Below are positions 9,291 through 20,346 of a stretch of 32,000 nucleotides of DNA, one piece after another (within the stretch, counting starts at the first letter, position 1; each line of letters begins with the position of its first letter). Location: assembly GCF_002803295.2 (NCBI RefSeq), contig NZ_PGGB02000002.1:1-32000 (forward strand), in the 5' to 3' direction. Both the position numbers and the translations under genes were made by a program. This DNA comes from Caedibacter taeniospiralis (GTDB taxonomy: Bacteria > Pseudomonadota > Gammaproteobacteria > Francisellales > Francisellaceae). The notes under the pieces are model-generated. The model searched no databases. It was not told where the DNA came from and was given only the letters and a program-made list of their open reading frames with translations.

Positions 9291-10340
9291 ATGAGAACAT
9301 TATTTTTGGATGCCTTACAAGGCAAGCCTGTTTCGCAAACTCCTGTGTGGATTATGCGCCAGGCTGGGCGTTATTTGCCTGAGTATCGGCAAACGCGCTC
9401 GAAGTTTAGTGATTTTATGGCAATGTGTAGAAATGCTGAAGCCTGCTCTGAGGTCGCTTTGCAGCCTTTAGATCGTTATGATTTAGATGCCGCGATTGTC
9501 TTTTCGGATATTTTAACCGTTCCTGAAGCAATGGGAATGAAGTTGCAATTTATCAGTGATAAAGGACCAGTATTTGAAAAACCGCTGAGAACTTTGCAGG
9601 ATATTAAGATGCTGGATTGCAAATATGCGATGGAAAAGCTGCAGTATGTGATGGATGCAGTTTCGACGACTAAAAAAGCGCTTATCAATCGCGTCCCTTT
9701 AATTGGCTTTAGCGGGAGTCCATGGACTTTAGCTGCCTATATGGTTGAAGGGCAGGGTTCTAAACAATTCACCCAGTTACGTAAAATGCTTTATAGTACT
9801 CCTGGGCTTTTGCATCAATTGTTAGCTGATTTAAGTAGGGTCATTGTCGATTACCTGGATCAGCAGGTCAAAGCAGGTGCAGATGCGGTGATGCTTTTTG
9901 ATACCTGGGGAGGCATGCTTTCCGAGAAAAATTATGCTCCATTTTCATTAAATTATATGCGGCAAATAACTAGTTTGCTTAAAGCGCGTCACCCACAAGT
10001 TCCAGTAACCTTATTTACCAAGGGCGGTGGATTATGGTTGGATCAATTAGCAAAAACAGGCTGTGATGGTATTGGTATTGATTGGAGTATAGATATTTAT
10101 CGCGCACGCGAAATTGTTAAAGATAGGCTCACCCTGCAGGGAAATCTGGATCCAGCGGCATTATATGGAAGCGATGAGAGCATAACTGAACAAGTGAAAT
10201 ATATACTTCAAAGTCAGAAAGAATATGGTCGCTTTGTGTTTAATTTGGGACATGGGGTGTATCCAGATATTTTGCCTGAGAAAGTAAAGGTAATGATTGA
10301 TGCCGTGCGCAAGTTTGGCAAAAAGCAAATAGAAAATTAA
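9291..10340 (+). CDS. hemE: Uroporphyrinogen decarboxylase
   Basis: PVWIMRQAGRYLPEYRQTR, FSDILTVPEAMG, GLGHG-like NLGHGVYPD; 349 aa. Confidence 0.97.
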   Translation: MRTLFLDALQGKPVSQTPVWIMRQAGRYLPEYRQTRSKFSDFMAMCRNAEACSEVALQPLDRYDLDAAIVFSDILTVPEAMGMKLQFISDKGPVFEKPLRTLQDIKMLDCKYAMEKLQYVMDAVSTTKKALINRVPLIGFSGSPWTLAAYMVEGQGSKQFTQLRKMLYSTPGLLHQLLADLSRVIVDYLDQQVKAGADAVMLFDTWGGMLSEKNYAPFSLNYMRQITSLLKARHPQVPVTLFTKGGGLWLDQLAKTGCDGIGIDWSIDIYRAREIVKDRLTLQGNLDPAALYGSDESITEQVKYILQSQKEYGRFVFNLGHGVYPDILPEKVKVMIDAVRKFGKKQIEN

Positions 10341-10350
10341 GTGAACTTGT

Positions 10351-12059
10351 ATGATAAAAAGAACAAAGCGATTTGAGTTTAAACGCAACCCTGAAACCAA
10401 TGAAATGTGGGTTGAAACAGATTTGCAGGGTAAAAATTTACTGACGCTTGCCTCCTTAAATAAAGGGACGGCATTTAGTGAACGCGAGCGAGAAGAGTTT
10501 GGCTTGCTTGGCAAACTGCCATTTCAGATTGAATCTATTGAGGAACAAAAGACGCGCGCATACCAGCAGTATAAATCCTTTAGAAGTAATATTGGACGCT
10601 ATAGTTTTTTAAAGAACCTGCACAATATCAACGAAACGCTTTTTTATCGTTTGGTGCGTGATAATTTAAATGAAATGCTGCCTGTCATATATACCCCCAC
10701 GGTTGGGGAAGCGGTGATGCGTTATAGTGAGCAGTTCTTGTCACCTCGTGGGCTTTATATCGCCTATCCTGATCGGCATAAAATGCGTGACATTTTACGC
10801 AATCGGACCAATTCAGACATTGATATTATCGTCGTCAGTGATGCAGAAGGGGTGCTTGGAATTGGTGACCAAGGGGTCGGGGGCATTGAGATTCCCGTGG
10901 CTAAGCTTATGGTTTATACGCTTTGCGCAGGTATCAACCCCGGGCGCTATTTGCCCGTATTTTTAGATGCAGGAACAAATAATAAGAAATTACTCGAAGA
11001 CCCTTTGTACCTTGGTTGGCGGCATGAGCGCGTGTGCGCGGTAAAGAATATGATGAAATGGTTCAGTTGTTTATTGAAGCCGTCAAAGAAGAAATGCCAG
11101 AAACTTTTCTACATTGGGAAGACTTTGGTCGTGATAATGCACGTAAAAATTTGCTTAAATATCAGAACGAAATCTGCAGCTTCAATCATGATGTGCAGGG
11201 AACGGCAGCGGTTGCCCTGGCAGCGCTTATTTCAGCGGCTAAGCGCATAGGAGTGAAGTTTAACACGCAAAAATTCGTGGTCTTTGGAGCAGGCACGGCA
11301 GGTCTTGGCATTGCCGATGAAATTGTTTCAGCCCTGGTACACTCTGGATTAACTAAAGAACAGGCTTATCAACGGTTTTGGTGCATTGATAAAGATGGTT
11401 TGTTGATTGTCGATCAGGAAATGATGGATTTCCAGAGACCTTATGCGTGTACGCGTGAGTCAGTTAAGGGTTGGGTGGCTGATGAGGCTGGACGAATTTC
11501 TCTCGTAGAAGTTGTCAAACAAGCTAAGCCTACAACCTTAATTGGTTGCTCAGGTGTCGCCAATGCTTTTACTGATGAGGTGATTATAGAGATGGCACGT
11601 AATAATCAGCATCCGATTATTTTTACCTTATCCAACCCAACAAGTCGCTGTGAGCGTGTGCCTGAAGATGTCATTCGCCTGACTAATGGGCAGGCTTTAG
11701 TTGCAACGGGAAGTCCATTTGAGGATGTGGGTTATAAAGGCAAAGTCTATCGCATTGCACAGTCAAATAATGCGCTGGTGTTTCCAGGTATTGGTCTGGG
11801 TATCGTTGCCATTGGTGCTAAGAGATTTACGGATAACATGTTATGGGCGGCGTGTAAAGCGTTAGCCAATTATTCAACGCAGGACGATGCCTTATTACCA
11901 AAGTTGAGTGAGGCATATAGCGTGAGTCGTCAAGTAGCGTTTGCCGTTGCCAGACAGGCGATTGCGGATGGGGTTGCTGAGGATGTTGATGATATTTGGC
12001 GCAAGATTGACCAGGTAATCTGGGAGCCAAAATATTACCCTTACTATCTTAAAAAGTGA
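10351..12059 (+). pseudogene. maeA: NAD-dependent malic enzyme, disrupted by a frameshift near 11032-11037
   Basis: Two overlapping-frame ORFs (10351..11250 and 11034..12059) are collinear halves of one malic enzyme: ...DPLYLGWRHERV | RGKEYDEMVQLFIEAVKEEMPETFLHWEDFG...EICSFNHDVQGTAAVALAAL. Deleting one GT/TG of GTGTG at 11032-11036 restores the frame. Confidence 0.88.
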
Positions 12060-12079
12060 CCGAAGGTATTGTGTATGCC

Positions 12080-13507
12080 TTACTTTCCTAGGTCTTTAAG
12101 TGCAACGCCGTTTTCTAAATTCTTTTCAATATGTTCCAGGCTGACACCTTTAGTTTCAGGCACGAAGAACTTCAGGAAGATCATGGAAAGAATACAAAAT
12201 CCGCCAAAAACAAAGAATATTGAGGCGTTACCATAGGCTTTCATAAAGCTTAAGGCATTTGCCATCACAGCACCCGCGAATGTCCAGTTGACCATGGTGG
12301 TGACAGTCATGCCGATTTCACGTCCCTTCAATGGGAAAATCTCTGCGCAAATCACCCATGCAACGGGTCCCCATGAGCAGGCAAAGCCAAATATATAAAC
12401 AATCGCGGAGATTAATAGAACTGCTTTAGGAAGTTCGCCAGGTGTCACACTACCTGAAATGGATAGGAAGGCAAAGCCCGCGGCAAACATTGAAACCATC
12501 ATCACGATGGCGCCAACATAAAGCAGTTTTTTTCTGCCCCATTTTTCAATCCATTTGATCGCAGGGAAGGTAAATAACATGTTGACCGTTGGGATGGCTA
12601 AGAGGGCAATAAGACCCGTCATGCCAGCATAACCGAAGATTGTCGGCGCGTAGTAAATCATCATGTTGATTCCAACTAATTGTTGGAACATTTGTAGGAT
12701 AACACCAATGATAAGGATTCTCCAAAAGAAACCCTTGGAAAGCATATTAAATCCAACCCCTTTATTGGCAACAATACTTTCTTTAATTTCTTTGATTTCC
12801 TCTTCAATTTCTTGCTGTGAAGCACGGACTTTTTTAAGCACAGACAGGGCTTTTTGATCCTGGTTTTTAAGTAGTAGCCAACGAGGGCTTTCTGGCAGAA
12901 ACAAGCTACCAAAGAACATGACCGCCGCGAAGACGACAATTACGCAAAACATTAAAGTCAGTGAAATACTCACGTGCCCCAAAGCCTTAGCAATAAACAC
13001 ATTGGTAACAGCAATCAGGAAAATACCGATGGTGATCATCAGCTGAAAGAGTGTTGCCATGCCGCCCCTAATGGATTTTGGTGCCGTTTCAGAAAGATAC
13101 AAAGGCACTGTAAATGAGGCAATTCCAACGGCAAATCCTAAGCCAAAGCGGCAGGCTGTTAATATGCCAAGTGGTGGCAGAAACGCAGAGATTAATGAGA
13201 AGGCAGAAAATAAAAACCCCGCTAGAACAAGCACTCTTTTTCGTCCTAATGCGCGCGCAAACAGTCCGCTGACTAGGGCACCCACAATTCCGCCCCAGGC
13301 TAAGACAGCAGAGTAATGTTCTCCTTGCTGTGTGGTGAGTCCATAGACGTTGTCAATGGTTGATAAGGAATTTGCTATAAATCCCTGATCCAAACCAAAC
13401 AAAAGTCCACCAAGTGCCCCGATCAAGCACACCATATAGATAAGCTTCTGGTACTCTTTTTTTGCGTCGATATTTGCTGTCATTTTTTTTCTCCTGACCT
13501 TAGTCAT
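12080..13507 (-). CDS. MFS sugar porter family transporter (XylE/GalP/AraE-like)
   Basis: GLDQGFIANSL, GRKRVL, PESPRWLL, QQLVGINMMIYYAPTIF, PETKG signatures; 475 aa. Start may be internal (MTANIDAKKEYQ). Confidence 0.92.
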   Translation of the reverse strand: MTKVRRKKMTANIDAKKEYQKLIYMVCLIGALGGLLFGLDQGFIANSLSTIDNVYGLTTQQGEHYSAVLAWGGIVGALVSGLFARALGRKRVLVLAGFLFSAFSLISAFLPPLGILTACRFGLGFAVGIASFTVPLYLSETAPKSIRGGMATLFQLMITIGIFLIAVTNVFIAKALGHVSISLTLMFCVIVVFAAVMFFGSLFLPESPRWLLLKNQDQKALSVLKKVRASQQEIEEEIKEIKESIVANKGVGFNMLSKGFFWRILIIGVILQMFQQLVGINMMIYYAPTIFGYAGMTGLIALLAIPTVNMLFTFPAIKWIEKWGRKKLLYVGAIVMMVSMFAAGFAFLSISGSVTPGELPKAVLLISAIVYIFGFACSWGPVAWVICAEIFPLKGREIGMTVTTMVNWTFAGAVMANALSFMKAYGNASIFFVFGGFCILSMIFLKFFVPETKGVSLEHIEKNLENGVALKDLGK

Positions 13508-13683
13508 TATCTAGAGTTTATAATTCCAGGCGCTATTGCAGCAATAATTGCATTTCATGTCAATAAATTACGTTATTTAAATGGGAAAAGAGTTCCAGGG
13601 CTTGCTGATTCCAAAGTTTGACATTTATGACTCTAAGCGTATATTGGCGACAGGTTTTTTCGGTCATGAGGCAAATTGATAAG

Positions 13684-14582
13684 ATGCGTAAATTTTTAGG
13701 GGCAATAGAGGCGGGAGGTACTAAATTTGTATGTGCCATTGGCACGGATCAAGGGGAAATATTGGATCGTGTGCGTTTTGCAACAAAGACTCCTGAGCAA
13801 ACGATGGCAGAAGTGGTTGAGTTTTTCCATCAGCATATGACTCAATACTCAATCAGTGCGATTGGTTGTGGTTCTTTTGGTCCTATTGACCCTGATAAGT
13901 CCTCTGATACATACGGACACATTACGCATACGCCAAAGCTTGCCTGGCGAAATTATAATATTGTCAAAACATTGGAAGATGCTTTAAGTGTTTACCCGTG
14001 GCATTTGATACAGATGTTAATGCTGCAGCTTTAGGTGAGTATCACTGGGGAGCGGGCAAAGGCTTAAGCGATCTTGTTTATCTTACCGTTGGGACGGGGA
14101 TTGGTGGAGGTATTATAGTCAATCATCAATTAGTTCATGGTAGCGCACATCCTGAGATGGGGCATATTTATGTTCCTGTGGATTTAACCAAAGATGACTT
14201 CAAAGGTGTTTGCCCCTCACATGGTAATTGTTTCGAGGGACTTGCATCGGGTCCTGCATTAAAAGCACGTTGGCAGGTAAAATCCGCACTTGATTTGCCA
14301 AATGATCATAAGGCCTGGGATATTGAAGCGGACTATTTATCTTATGCCTTAGTGAATTACATCATGTGTTTTATGCCAAAGCGCATTATCTTAGGTGGTG
14401 GGGTGATGAAACAAACCCATCTTTTTGAGAAAATCCGCAAAGCAGTGCGACAAAAAATCAATGGTTATTTAAATCAGGTCTATTGTGATCGTTTGGAAAC
14501 CATTATTGTGCCACCTGCTCTGGCAGACAATGCAGGCATTATGGGTGCATTGGCTTTGGCGAATACGCTCACAATTGAATAG
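13684..14582 (+). pseudogene. ROK family sugar kinase (fructokinase-like), disrupted by a frameshift near 13995-13998
   Basis: Two ORFs (13618..14034 and 13998..14582) are collinear: MRKFLGAIEAGGTKFVCAIG...EDALSVYP | VAFDTDVNAAALGEYHWGAGKG...HPEMGH...CPSHGNCFEGLASGPA. One extra C in the CCC run at 13995-13997 restores the frame. Confidence 0.87.
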
Positions 14583-14635
14583 CACTACTGCAAGTGGCTT
14601 GAGAATAAACAGTCTAATAAAGAAGGTACACAAAA

Positions 14636-14992
14636 ATGAATATCAATGAAGTTGGAAAGGTATATGAAAGACCCTGGGGAACCTACCGCACGATTGAGCT
14701 CGCAACAGGCTATCAGGTTAAAGTAATTACGGTAAACCCAGGGGGGCAGTTGTCGCTACAAAAACACTTCAAGCGGGCTGAGCATTGGGTGGTGGTCAAA
14801 GGCTCGCCAACATTTACCATTAGTGAGAGTAAAAAGACTTATCTGGTTAACGAACATGTTTACATCGAAAAGGAAGAAGTACATCGTATGGAAAATAATA
14901 CCGATCTGCCTTGTGAAATTGTTGAAGTCCAAATCGGCAATTATCTCGGTGAGGACGACATTGTTCGGCTAGAGGATATTTATAACCGTTAA
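14636..14992 (+). CDS. Stand-alone cupin, mannose-6-phosphate isomerase type II-like
   Basis: RPWGTYRTIELATGYQVKVITVNPGGQLSLQKHFKRAEHWVVVKG ... LGEDDIVRLEDIYNR is typical of the C-terminal PMI domain of ManC; 118 aa. Confidence 0.88.
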   Translation: MNINEVGKVYERPWGTYRTIELATGYQVKVITVNPGGQLSLQKHFKRAEHWVVVKGSPTFTISESKKTYLVNEHVYIEKEEVHRMENNTDLPCEIVEVQIGNYLGEDDIVRLEDIYNR

Positions 14993-15058
14993 ATATGTAC
15001 TTATATGAGTACTTGCTCTATAATCCAGGCATCCTGATTTTAAGTGAAAAGATTTTTT

Positions 15059-15316
15059 ATGCATACCGTCAACTATAGTAATTTTGGCAACCAGCTTGCA
15101 GCTTCCATGGATAAGGTTGTAATGGATCATCAACCAATGATTGTTACCAGAGGCAGCGATAAATCTGCGGTGGTGGTGATGTCTTTGGAGGACTTCAAAT
15201 CGTATGAAGAGACTGCTTATTTGATGTCAAGCTATGTAAATGCAAGCCGTTTAAATGCAGCGATTAAGGAAATCAATAACCAGCAAGTGCAACGACATGG
15301 AATAATTGAGGAATGA
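15059..15316 (+). CDS. yefM: YefM-family (Phd/YefM) antitoxin
   Basis: PMIVTRGSDKSAVVVMSLEDFKSYEETAYLMSS; overlaps yoeB by 4 nt. The track start is 15044, but ATG at 15059 matches the family N-terminus better. Confidence 0.88.
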   Translation: MHTVNYSNFGNQLAASMDKVVMDHQPMIVTRGSDKSAVVVMSLEDFKSYEETAYLMSSYVNASRLNAAIKEINNQQVQRHGIIEE

Positions 15317-15570
15317 TCCTGGCTTGGTCAACGTGTGCTTGGGAAGATTATCTTTTTTGGCAGGAAAATGATAAAAAGAAGCTAAAGCGCATCAATCAGT
15401 TGATCAAAGACATTAAGCGAACGCCTTTTTCTGGTCTGGGTGATCCTGAACCTTTGCGTTATAATTGGGCAGGTTTCTGGTCGCGGCGCATTGATCGTGA
15501 ACACCGCTTGGTCTATCAATATGAAAATAATACCATCACCATTGCCCAATGTCGTTTTCACTACGGCTAA
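15313..15570 (+). CDS. yoeB: YoeB-family mRNA interferase toxin
   Basis: WEDYLFWQENDKKKLKRINQLIKDIKRTPFSGLGDPEPLRYNWAGFWSRRIDREHRLVYQY...CRFHYG. Confidence 0.93.
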   Translation: MILAWSTCAWEDYLFWQENDKKKLKRINQLIKDIKRTPFSGLGDPEPLRYNWAGFWSRRIDREHRLVYQYENNTITIAQCRFHYG

Positions 15571-15662
15571 CTCTCCTAAAATAAAAACTTGTAATTTTGG
15601 GCTCCAGCGCAATCTATAGCGATTATGTTTTTTACCAACCCAACAATTAAGCAGGGAAATGT

Positions 15663-16217
15663 ATGTTAGAAATGAAAGGCACTACGATTTTATGCGTGCG
15701 CCGTGGTGATGAAGTAGTGATTGGTGGTGATGGTCAAGCGACTCTAGGCAATACGGTGGCTAAGGATAATATTGTTAAAGTGCGTAAATTAAGTAATGGC
15801 AAGGTGTTGACAGGTTTTGCAGGTTCAACCGCAGATGCGTTTACGTTGTTTGAAAAATTTGAGCAAAAGCTCGATTTTTATCAGGGAAATTTAGAGCGTG
15901 CGTCGGTTGAAATGGTACGTGAATGGCGTTTGGATCGAATGATGAGTAAATTGGAGGCGATGATTATTGTAGCTGATGAAAATAAATCACTCCTTATCTC
16001 TGGCGTTGGAGATGTCATGGCAGCCGATGAAAGAGGTATCTTGTCGATTGGTTCAGGTTCGGCCTTTGCAAAAGCCGCAGCTCACGCTTTGGTCGATAAC
16101 ACGGATTTGCCAGCCTACGAAATCGTGCAAAAAAGCTTAAATATCGCTGCAGATATTTGTATTTACACCAATCATAATTTAACCATTGAAAAATTACCCA
16201 ACAAGGCAAAAGCATAA
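15663..16217 (+). CDS. hslV: ATP-dependent protease subunit HslV
   Basis: [27 protein letters not shown], 184 aa, followed by hslU. Mature protease would start at the TTI threonine. Confidence 0.96.
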   Translation: MLEMKGTTILCVRRGDEVVIGGDGQATLGNTVAKDNIVKVRKLSNGKVLTGFAGSTADAFTLFEKFEQKLDFYQGNLERASVEMVREWRLDRMMSKLEAMIIVADENKSLLISGVGDVMAADERGILSIGSGSAFAKAAAHALVDNTDLPAYEIVQKSLNIAADICIYTNHNLTIEKLPNKAKA

Positions 16218-16241
16218 GCCATTTTTGTTAAGGAAGAGACT

Positions 16242-17591
16242 ATGTCGCAAATGACACCTAAAGAAATTGTAAGTGAATTAGATCGTTTTATCATTGGTCA
16301 GAAAGCTGCTAAAAAAGCCGTGGCCATTGCCCTTAGAAACCGCTGGCGCAGAATGCAATTAGAAGAAGGAATGCGCCAGGAGGTAACCCCTAAAAATATT
16401 TTAATGATCGGACCCACAGGGGTTGGTAAAACTGAAATTGCGCGACGCTTGGCAAAACTTGCTAATGCCCCATTTATCAAGATTGAGGCAACAAAATTTA
16501 CGGAAGTTGGTTATGTGGGTAAGGATGTAGATTCTATCATTCGTGATCTGGCTGATATTGCGATTAAAATGTACCGTGAGCAGGAGAAAACAAAAGTATC
16601 CGTGCGTGCGGATGTGCTTGCCAGAGAGCGTATCCTCGATGCGCTATTACCTCCAGCAAGAGAAAGTAAGGTTGGTTTCGCTAATGAGCCTATTGAGATG
16701 GAGCAAAAAAGCGAAAGCACCACACGCCAGTTATTTAGAAAAAAACTGGAGGCTGGCGAGCTGAATGACAAAGAAATTGAAATTGATATTGCAATGGCAC
16801 CGCAGCAGATGAATATCATGGGACCTCCAGGCATGGAGGATATGACCGATCAGCTGCAAAACCTGTTTTCTGCCATGGGGAACGAACGTAGAAAACGCAG
16901 AAAAATTAAAGTTAAAGATGCCCTGAAGTTATTGCAAGATGAAGAAGCAGGCAAGCTTGTTAATGAAGATGACGTTAAGCTTAAAGCGATTGAGGCGGTT
17001 GAACAGAACGGGATTGTGTTTATTGATGAGATTGACAAGGTATGTAAAAGATCAGAACAGCGCGGAGGTGATGTCTCACGCGAAGGTGTGCAGCGTGATT
17101 TGTTGCCATTGGTTGAAGGCTCAACCGTAAGTACCAAATATGGCATGATAAAAACCGATCATATATTATTTATTGCCTCAGGGGCATTTCATGTGGCTAA
17201 ACCATCCGACTTAATTCCTGAACTGCAAGGTCGTTTACCAATTCGTGTTGAGCTTAGATCTCTTGAGGTAGAAGACTTTGTGCGTATTCTTAGCGAGCCT
17301 GATTATTCGCTAATTAAACAATATATTGCGTTATTAGCTACGGAAGCGCTTAATGTGACTTTTGACAACGATGCGGTGAGGCGTGTCGCTGAGATTGCAT
17401 ATCGGGTTAATGAAGAAGTTGAAAACATTGGTGCAAGGCGCTTACATACGGTATTGGAGCGATTGTTGGAAGAAGTATCTTTTGATGCGTCAGATCGGAC
17501 TGAAAAAAGCTTCAACATAAGCGCGGATTATGTTAATGAAAAACTAGGTGATTTGGTCAAGGATCGTGACTTAAGCCAGTATATTCTTTAG
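16242..17591 (+). CDS. hslU: ATP-dependent protease ATPase subunit HslU
   Basis: [52 protein letters not shown]; 449 aa. Confidence 0.97.
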   Translation: MSQMTPKEIVSELDRFIIGQKAAKKAVAIALRNRWRRMQLEEGMRQEVTPKNILMIGPTGVGKTEIARRLAKLANAPFIKIEATKFTEVGYVGKDVDSIIRDLADIAIKMYREQEKTKVSVRADVLARERILDALLPPARESKVGFANEPIEMEQKSESTTRQLFRKKLEAGELNDKEIEIDIAMAPQQMNIMGPPGMEDMTDQLQNLFSAMGNERRKRRKIKVKDALKLLQDEEAGKLVNEDDVKLKAIEAVEQNGIVFIDEIDKVCKRSEQRGGDVSREGVQRDLLPLVEGSTVSTKYGMIKTDHILFIASGAFHVAKPSDLIPELQGRLPIRVELRSLEVEDFVRILSEPDYSLIKQYIALLATEALNVTFDNDAVRRVAEIAYRVNEEVENIGARRLHTVLERLLEEVSFDASDRTEKSFNISADYVNEKLGDLVKDRDLSQYIL

Positions 17592-17649
17592 TACATTTAA
17601 GCAGCTAAATAAAATTCGGTGATAACCATAGAAAACTCAAAAAATGCAA

Positions 17650-17677
17650 TTGACTTTGGGGCTTTAGCCCTTATAAT
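17650..17677 (+). promoter_or_regulatory. Candidate sigma-70 promoter for the tRNA cluster
   Basis: TTGACT (17650-17655), 16-nt spacer, TATAAT (17672-17677), 13 nt before the first tRNA. Confidence 0.75.
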
Positions 17678-17690
17678 CTGTCCCTGTTCT

Positions 17691-17765
17691 GCGGGAATAG
17701 CTCAGCGGTAGAGCACAACCTTGCCAAGGTTGGGGTCGCGAGTTCGAACCTCGTTTCCCGCTCCA
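17691..17765 (+). tRNA. tRNA-Gly (GCC)
   Basis: Acceptor GCGGGAA/TTCCCGC, anticodon loop CTTGCCAAG, TTCGAAC arm, encoded CCA. Confidence 0.96.
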
Positions 17766-17768
17766 GAT

Positions 17769-17842
17769 GGCTGGGTAGCAAAATGGTTATGCAGAGGCCT
17801 GCAAAGCCTTGGACACCGGTTCGATTCCGGTCTCAGCCTCCA
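17769..17842 (+). tRNA. tRNA-Cys (GCA)
   Basis: Acceptor GGCTGGG/CTCAGCC (one G-U), anticodon loop CCTGCAAAG, TTCGATT arm, encoded CCA. Confidence 0.95.
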
Positions 17843-17857
17843 GAACAAAGTTTTAGT

Positions 17858-17946
17858 GCCTGGGTGGTGAAATAGGTAGACACAAGGGACTTAAAATCCC
17901 TCGAGACTTAACTCTCGTGCCGGTTCGACTCCGGCCCCAGGCACCA
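17858..17946 (+). tRNA. tRNA-Leu (TAA)
   Basis: Acceptor GCCTGGG/CCCAGGC, anticodon stem-loop GGGACTTAAAATCCC, long variable arm, encoded CCA. Confidence 0.95.
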
Positions 17947-18060
17947 TGTCTACGTTCATTTTCATGGCGACAGATTTTTGCAATGCGAGAGCGCTTGCTT
18001 GTCCTTTCAACTTAGACTAGACTGCTGTGCTTCGAAAATAGACAAATCAACATAATTACA

Positions 18061-18405
18061 ATGGAAACAAAGCAAATTTTAGATTTAGCCGTGAATGCCC
18101 TTGAGGATATCAAAGCCGAAAATATCACCGTTATGAATGTTGAGCATTTAACTGAGCTTATGAGCTACGTGGTTGTGTGTACGGCTAACTCTGGCACGCA
18201 CGCAAAGGCACTTGCCAGTCATCTTGAGCTGACGGCAAAAAGAAATATGCTGACCATACTCGGTGTTGAGGGTGAAGCCAAAAGTGATTGGGTATTGGTT
18301 GATCTAGGCGATGTCGTCGTCCATATTATGCGCGAAGAAACCAGACAGTTTTATCAGTTAGAAAAACTTTGGGATATCAAACCAAATTCACCAAAAGCGC
18401 TTTAA
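18061..18405 (+). CDS. rsfS: Ribosome silencing factor RsfS
   Basis: CTANSGTHAKALASHLE...GEAKSDWVLVDLGDVVVHIMREETRQFYQLEKLW; 114 aa. Confidence 0.94.
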   Translation: METKQILDLAVNALEDIKAENITVMNVEHLTELMSYVVVCTANSGTHAKALASHLELTAKRNMLTILGVEGEAKSDWVLVDLGDVVVHIMREETRQFYQLEKLWDIKPNSPKAL

Positions 18406-18477
18406 TAACATGCAAAAAACAGCGTCAAACTTATGGGTAGTTATTTGAGATAAATATGCCAGAAAAATAACCGTTTT

Positions 18478-18747
18478 TTAGGCAGTGCTGAGTAGCAGTT
18501 TCATTTCTTCAGGGGAGACAAATCCGGCTAAACGTCTGGTGGCCTTACGAATTTCAGAGATGGGCAATACCACCTGGCATAATCGATTAAGAAAAACAGT
18601 ACCTGACTTACAACCACGCGCTGCCGCTAGATTTATAATATAGCGCATACGCTCAAGTGTTCTTTTATCTTTGGTCACTGATTGATTAAATGATTGTAAA
18701 TAATTAACCACCCAATCAAAAGTTAGCAAGAACTTTCCTTTCAACAT
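18478..18747 (-). CDS. Small hypothetical protein (89 aa)
   Basis: Intact intergenic ORF with a GGAG-like signal upstream; no family recognised. Confidence 0.5.
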   Translation of the reverse strand: MLKGKFLLTFDWVVNYLQSFNQSVTKDKRTLERMRYIINLAAARGCKSGTVFLNRLCQVVLPISEIRKATRRLAGFVSPEEMKLLLSTA

Positions 18748-18993
18748 GCGGAACTCCTATTTAGCTTTGGCTGCTTGCACGCAATGATGACAGGCAAGGT
18801 GATTTATTTCAAGTTTCGGCAAGCAAATAATTGCTGTTTCCACGCCTGAAAGCGATGACTGATCAAGCGTGATTACAAAACAAAATACTTGTTTTTGCAA
18901 TCTGCATCCGAGCCTAAAAAACACTTTATATTTTCAAAAATTTGGGTATATTCTCTAAACAAAATTCAAGCAATAGCATTTTAGGATAACTCC

Positions 18994-19944
18994 ATGTCGG
19001 ATTTAATGCTTTTTAGTGGTCGCGCAAGTAGTGCGCTGACCGAAGAAATTTCCCATTTTTTGGGTGTACAACTTGGCAGAGCAACTGTTTCAACATTCAG
19101 TGATGGGGAATCACATATTGAGATTATCGACAATGTCAGAGGGCGCGATGTCTTTATCGTCCAATCCACGTGCCCGCCAAGTAATGACTACATCATGGAG
19201 CTCATGTTTTTAACTGACGCACTACGTCGCTCATCAGCTGGGCGCATTACTGCAGTCATTCCCTACTTTGGTTACGCGCGCCAGGATCGTCGCGTGCGTT
19301 CATCACGCGTACCCATCTCTGCCCGTGTAGTGGCTGACATGCTAACAGGCGTCGGCATTGATCGTCTGCTTACGGTAGATATTCACGCAGAGCAGATTCA
19401 GGGTTTTTTCAATATACCCCTGGATAACGTTTACGGCACACCAATTCTTTTGGATTACATCCGTGCACGTCACCTGGAAAACCCTATCGTCGTCTCTCCT
19501 GATATCGGGGGAGTTGTCCGCGCACGCGCCATGGCAAAAGCCTTAAATACAGACTTGGCGATTATTGATAAGCGTCGTCAAAAAGCGAATGAATCAGAAG
19601 TAATGAATATTATTGGGGATATCACCGATCGCCATTGCTTGATCGTCGATGACATTGTCGATACAGCAGGCACTTTGTGCAAAGCTGCTCAAGCGTTGAT
19701 TGAGCACGGAGCAGATAAGGTTTCTGCCTACTGTGTTCACCCTGTGTTATCAGGAAATGCAATTGCAAACATTGAAAGCTCGGTATTAGAAGAACTTGTT
19801 GTTACCAATTCCATTCCGCTTCATACCAATGCACTTAAGTGTAAAAAAATCAAAACCCTTTCATTAGCGCCTATGTTGTCCGAAGCCATTCGTCGAACTA
19901 ACAATGAAGAGTCGATCAGTTTAATGTTTTGTGACTTAATTTAA
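18994..19944 (+). CDS. prs: Ribose-phosphate pyrophosphokinase
   Basis: [26 protein letters not shown] loop [13 protein letters not shown]; 316 aa. Confidence 0.97.
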   Translation: MSDLMLFSGRASSALTEEISHFLGVQLGRATVSTFSDGESHIEIIDNVRGRDVFIVQSTCPPSNDYIMELMFLTDALRRSSAGRITAVIPYFGYARQDRRVRSSRVPISARVVADMLTGVGIDRLLTVDIHAEQIQGFFNIPLDNVYGTPILLDYIRARHLENPIVVSPDIGGVVRARAMAKALNTDLAIIDKRRQKANESEVMNIIGDITDRHCLIVDDIVDTAGTLCKAAQALIEHGADKVSAYCVHPVLSGNAIANIESSVLEELVVTNSIPLHTNALKCKKIKTLSLAPMLSEAIRRTNNEESISLMFCDLI

Positions 19945-20055
19945 ATCTTAACTTTTCTCTTTACTTCTGTTACAATCTCGCGGCTTTCTGATCAGGGTCG
20001 CATGGTCTGAAAGTGGTTTAAAACTAACTTTAATCACAAATTTAAGGAATTAAAA

Positions 20056-20346
20056 ATGACTGAATTTACATTCCAGGCGGAATTAAAAACTGAAACAGGT
20101 ACGGGTGCGAGCCGCCGCCTACGTAAAACAGGTAAAATCCCTGCAATTATCTATGGCAATGGCGCAGAAGCAATTTCAATCTCACTTGATCACAACAAGA
20201 TATTCCACGCTTTAGAAAACAAGGACTTCTACAGTGCAACCGTCAGCATTAACATTGACGGCAAAACTGAAAGCGTTAAAATCAAAGCATTACAACGTCA
20301 TCCATTTAAGCCGAAAATCCTCCACGCCGATTTCATCCGCGCATAA
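20056..20346 (+). CDS. rplY: 50S ribosomal protein L25 (short form, no CTC domain)
   Basis: ELKTETGTGASRRLRKTGKIPAIIYGNG...IKALQRHPFKPKILHADFIRA; 96 aa. Confidence 0.92.
   Translation: MTEFTFQAELKTETGTGASRRLRKTGKIPAIIYGNGAEAISISLDHNKIFHALENKDFYSATVSINIDGKTESVKIKALQRHPFKPKILHADFIRA

Noticed and set aside
9065-9325. 86-aa minus-strand ORF
   Set aside because: It is mostly the translated MITE-like element and overlaps the hemE start; treated as spurious.
16939-17518. Shadow ORFs over hslU
   Set aside because: Overlap conserved hslU and have no family character.
17691-17946. tRNA-Gly/Cys/Leu cluster as an unusual arrangement or integration site
   Set aside because: Gly(GCC)-Cys(GCA)-Leu(TAA) is a standard gammaproteobacterial order, and no integrase or attachment duplication was seen.
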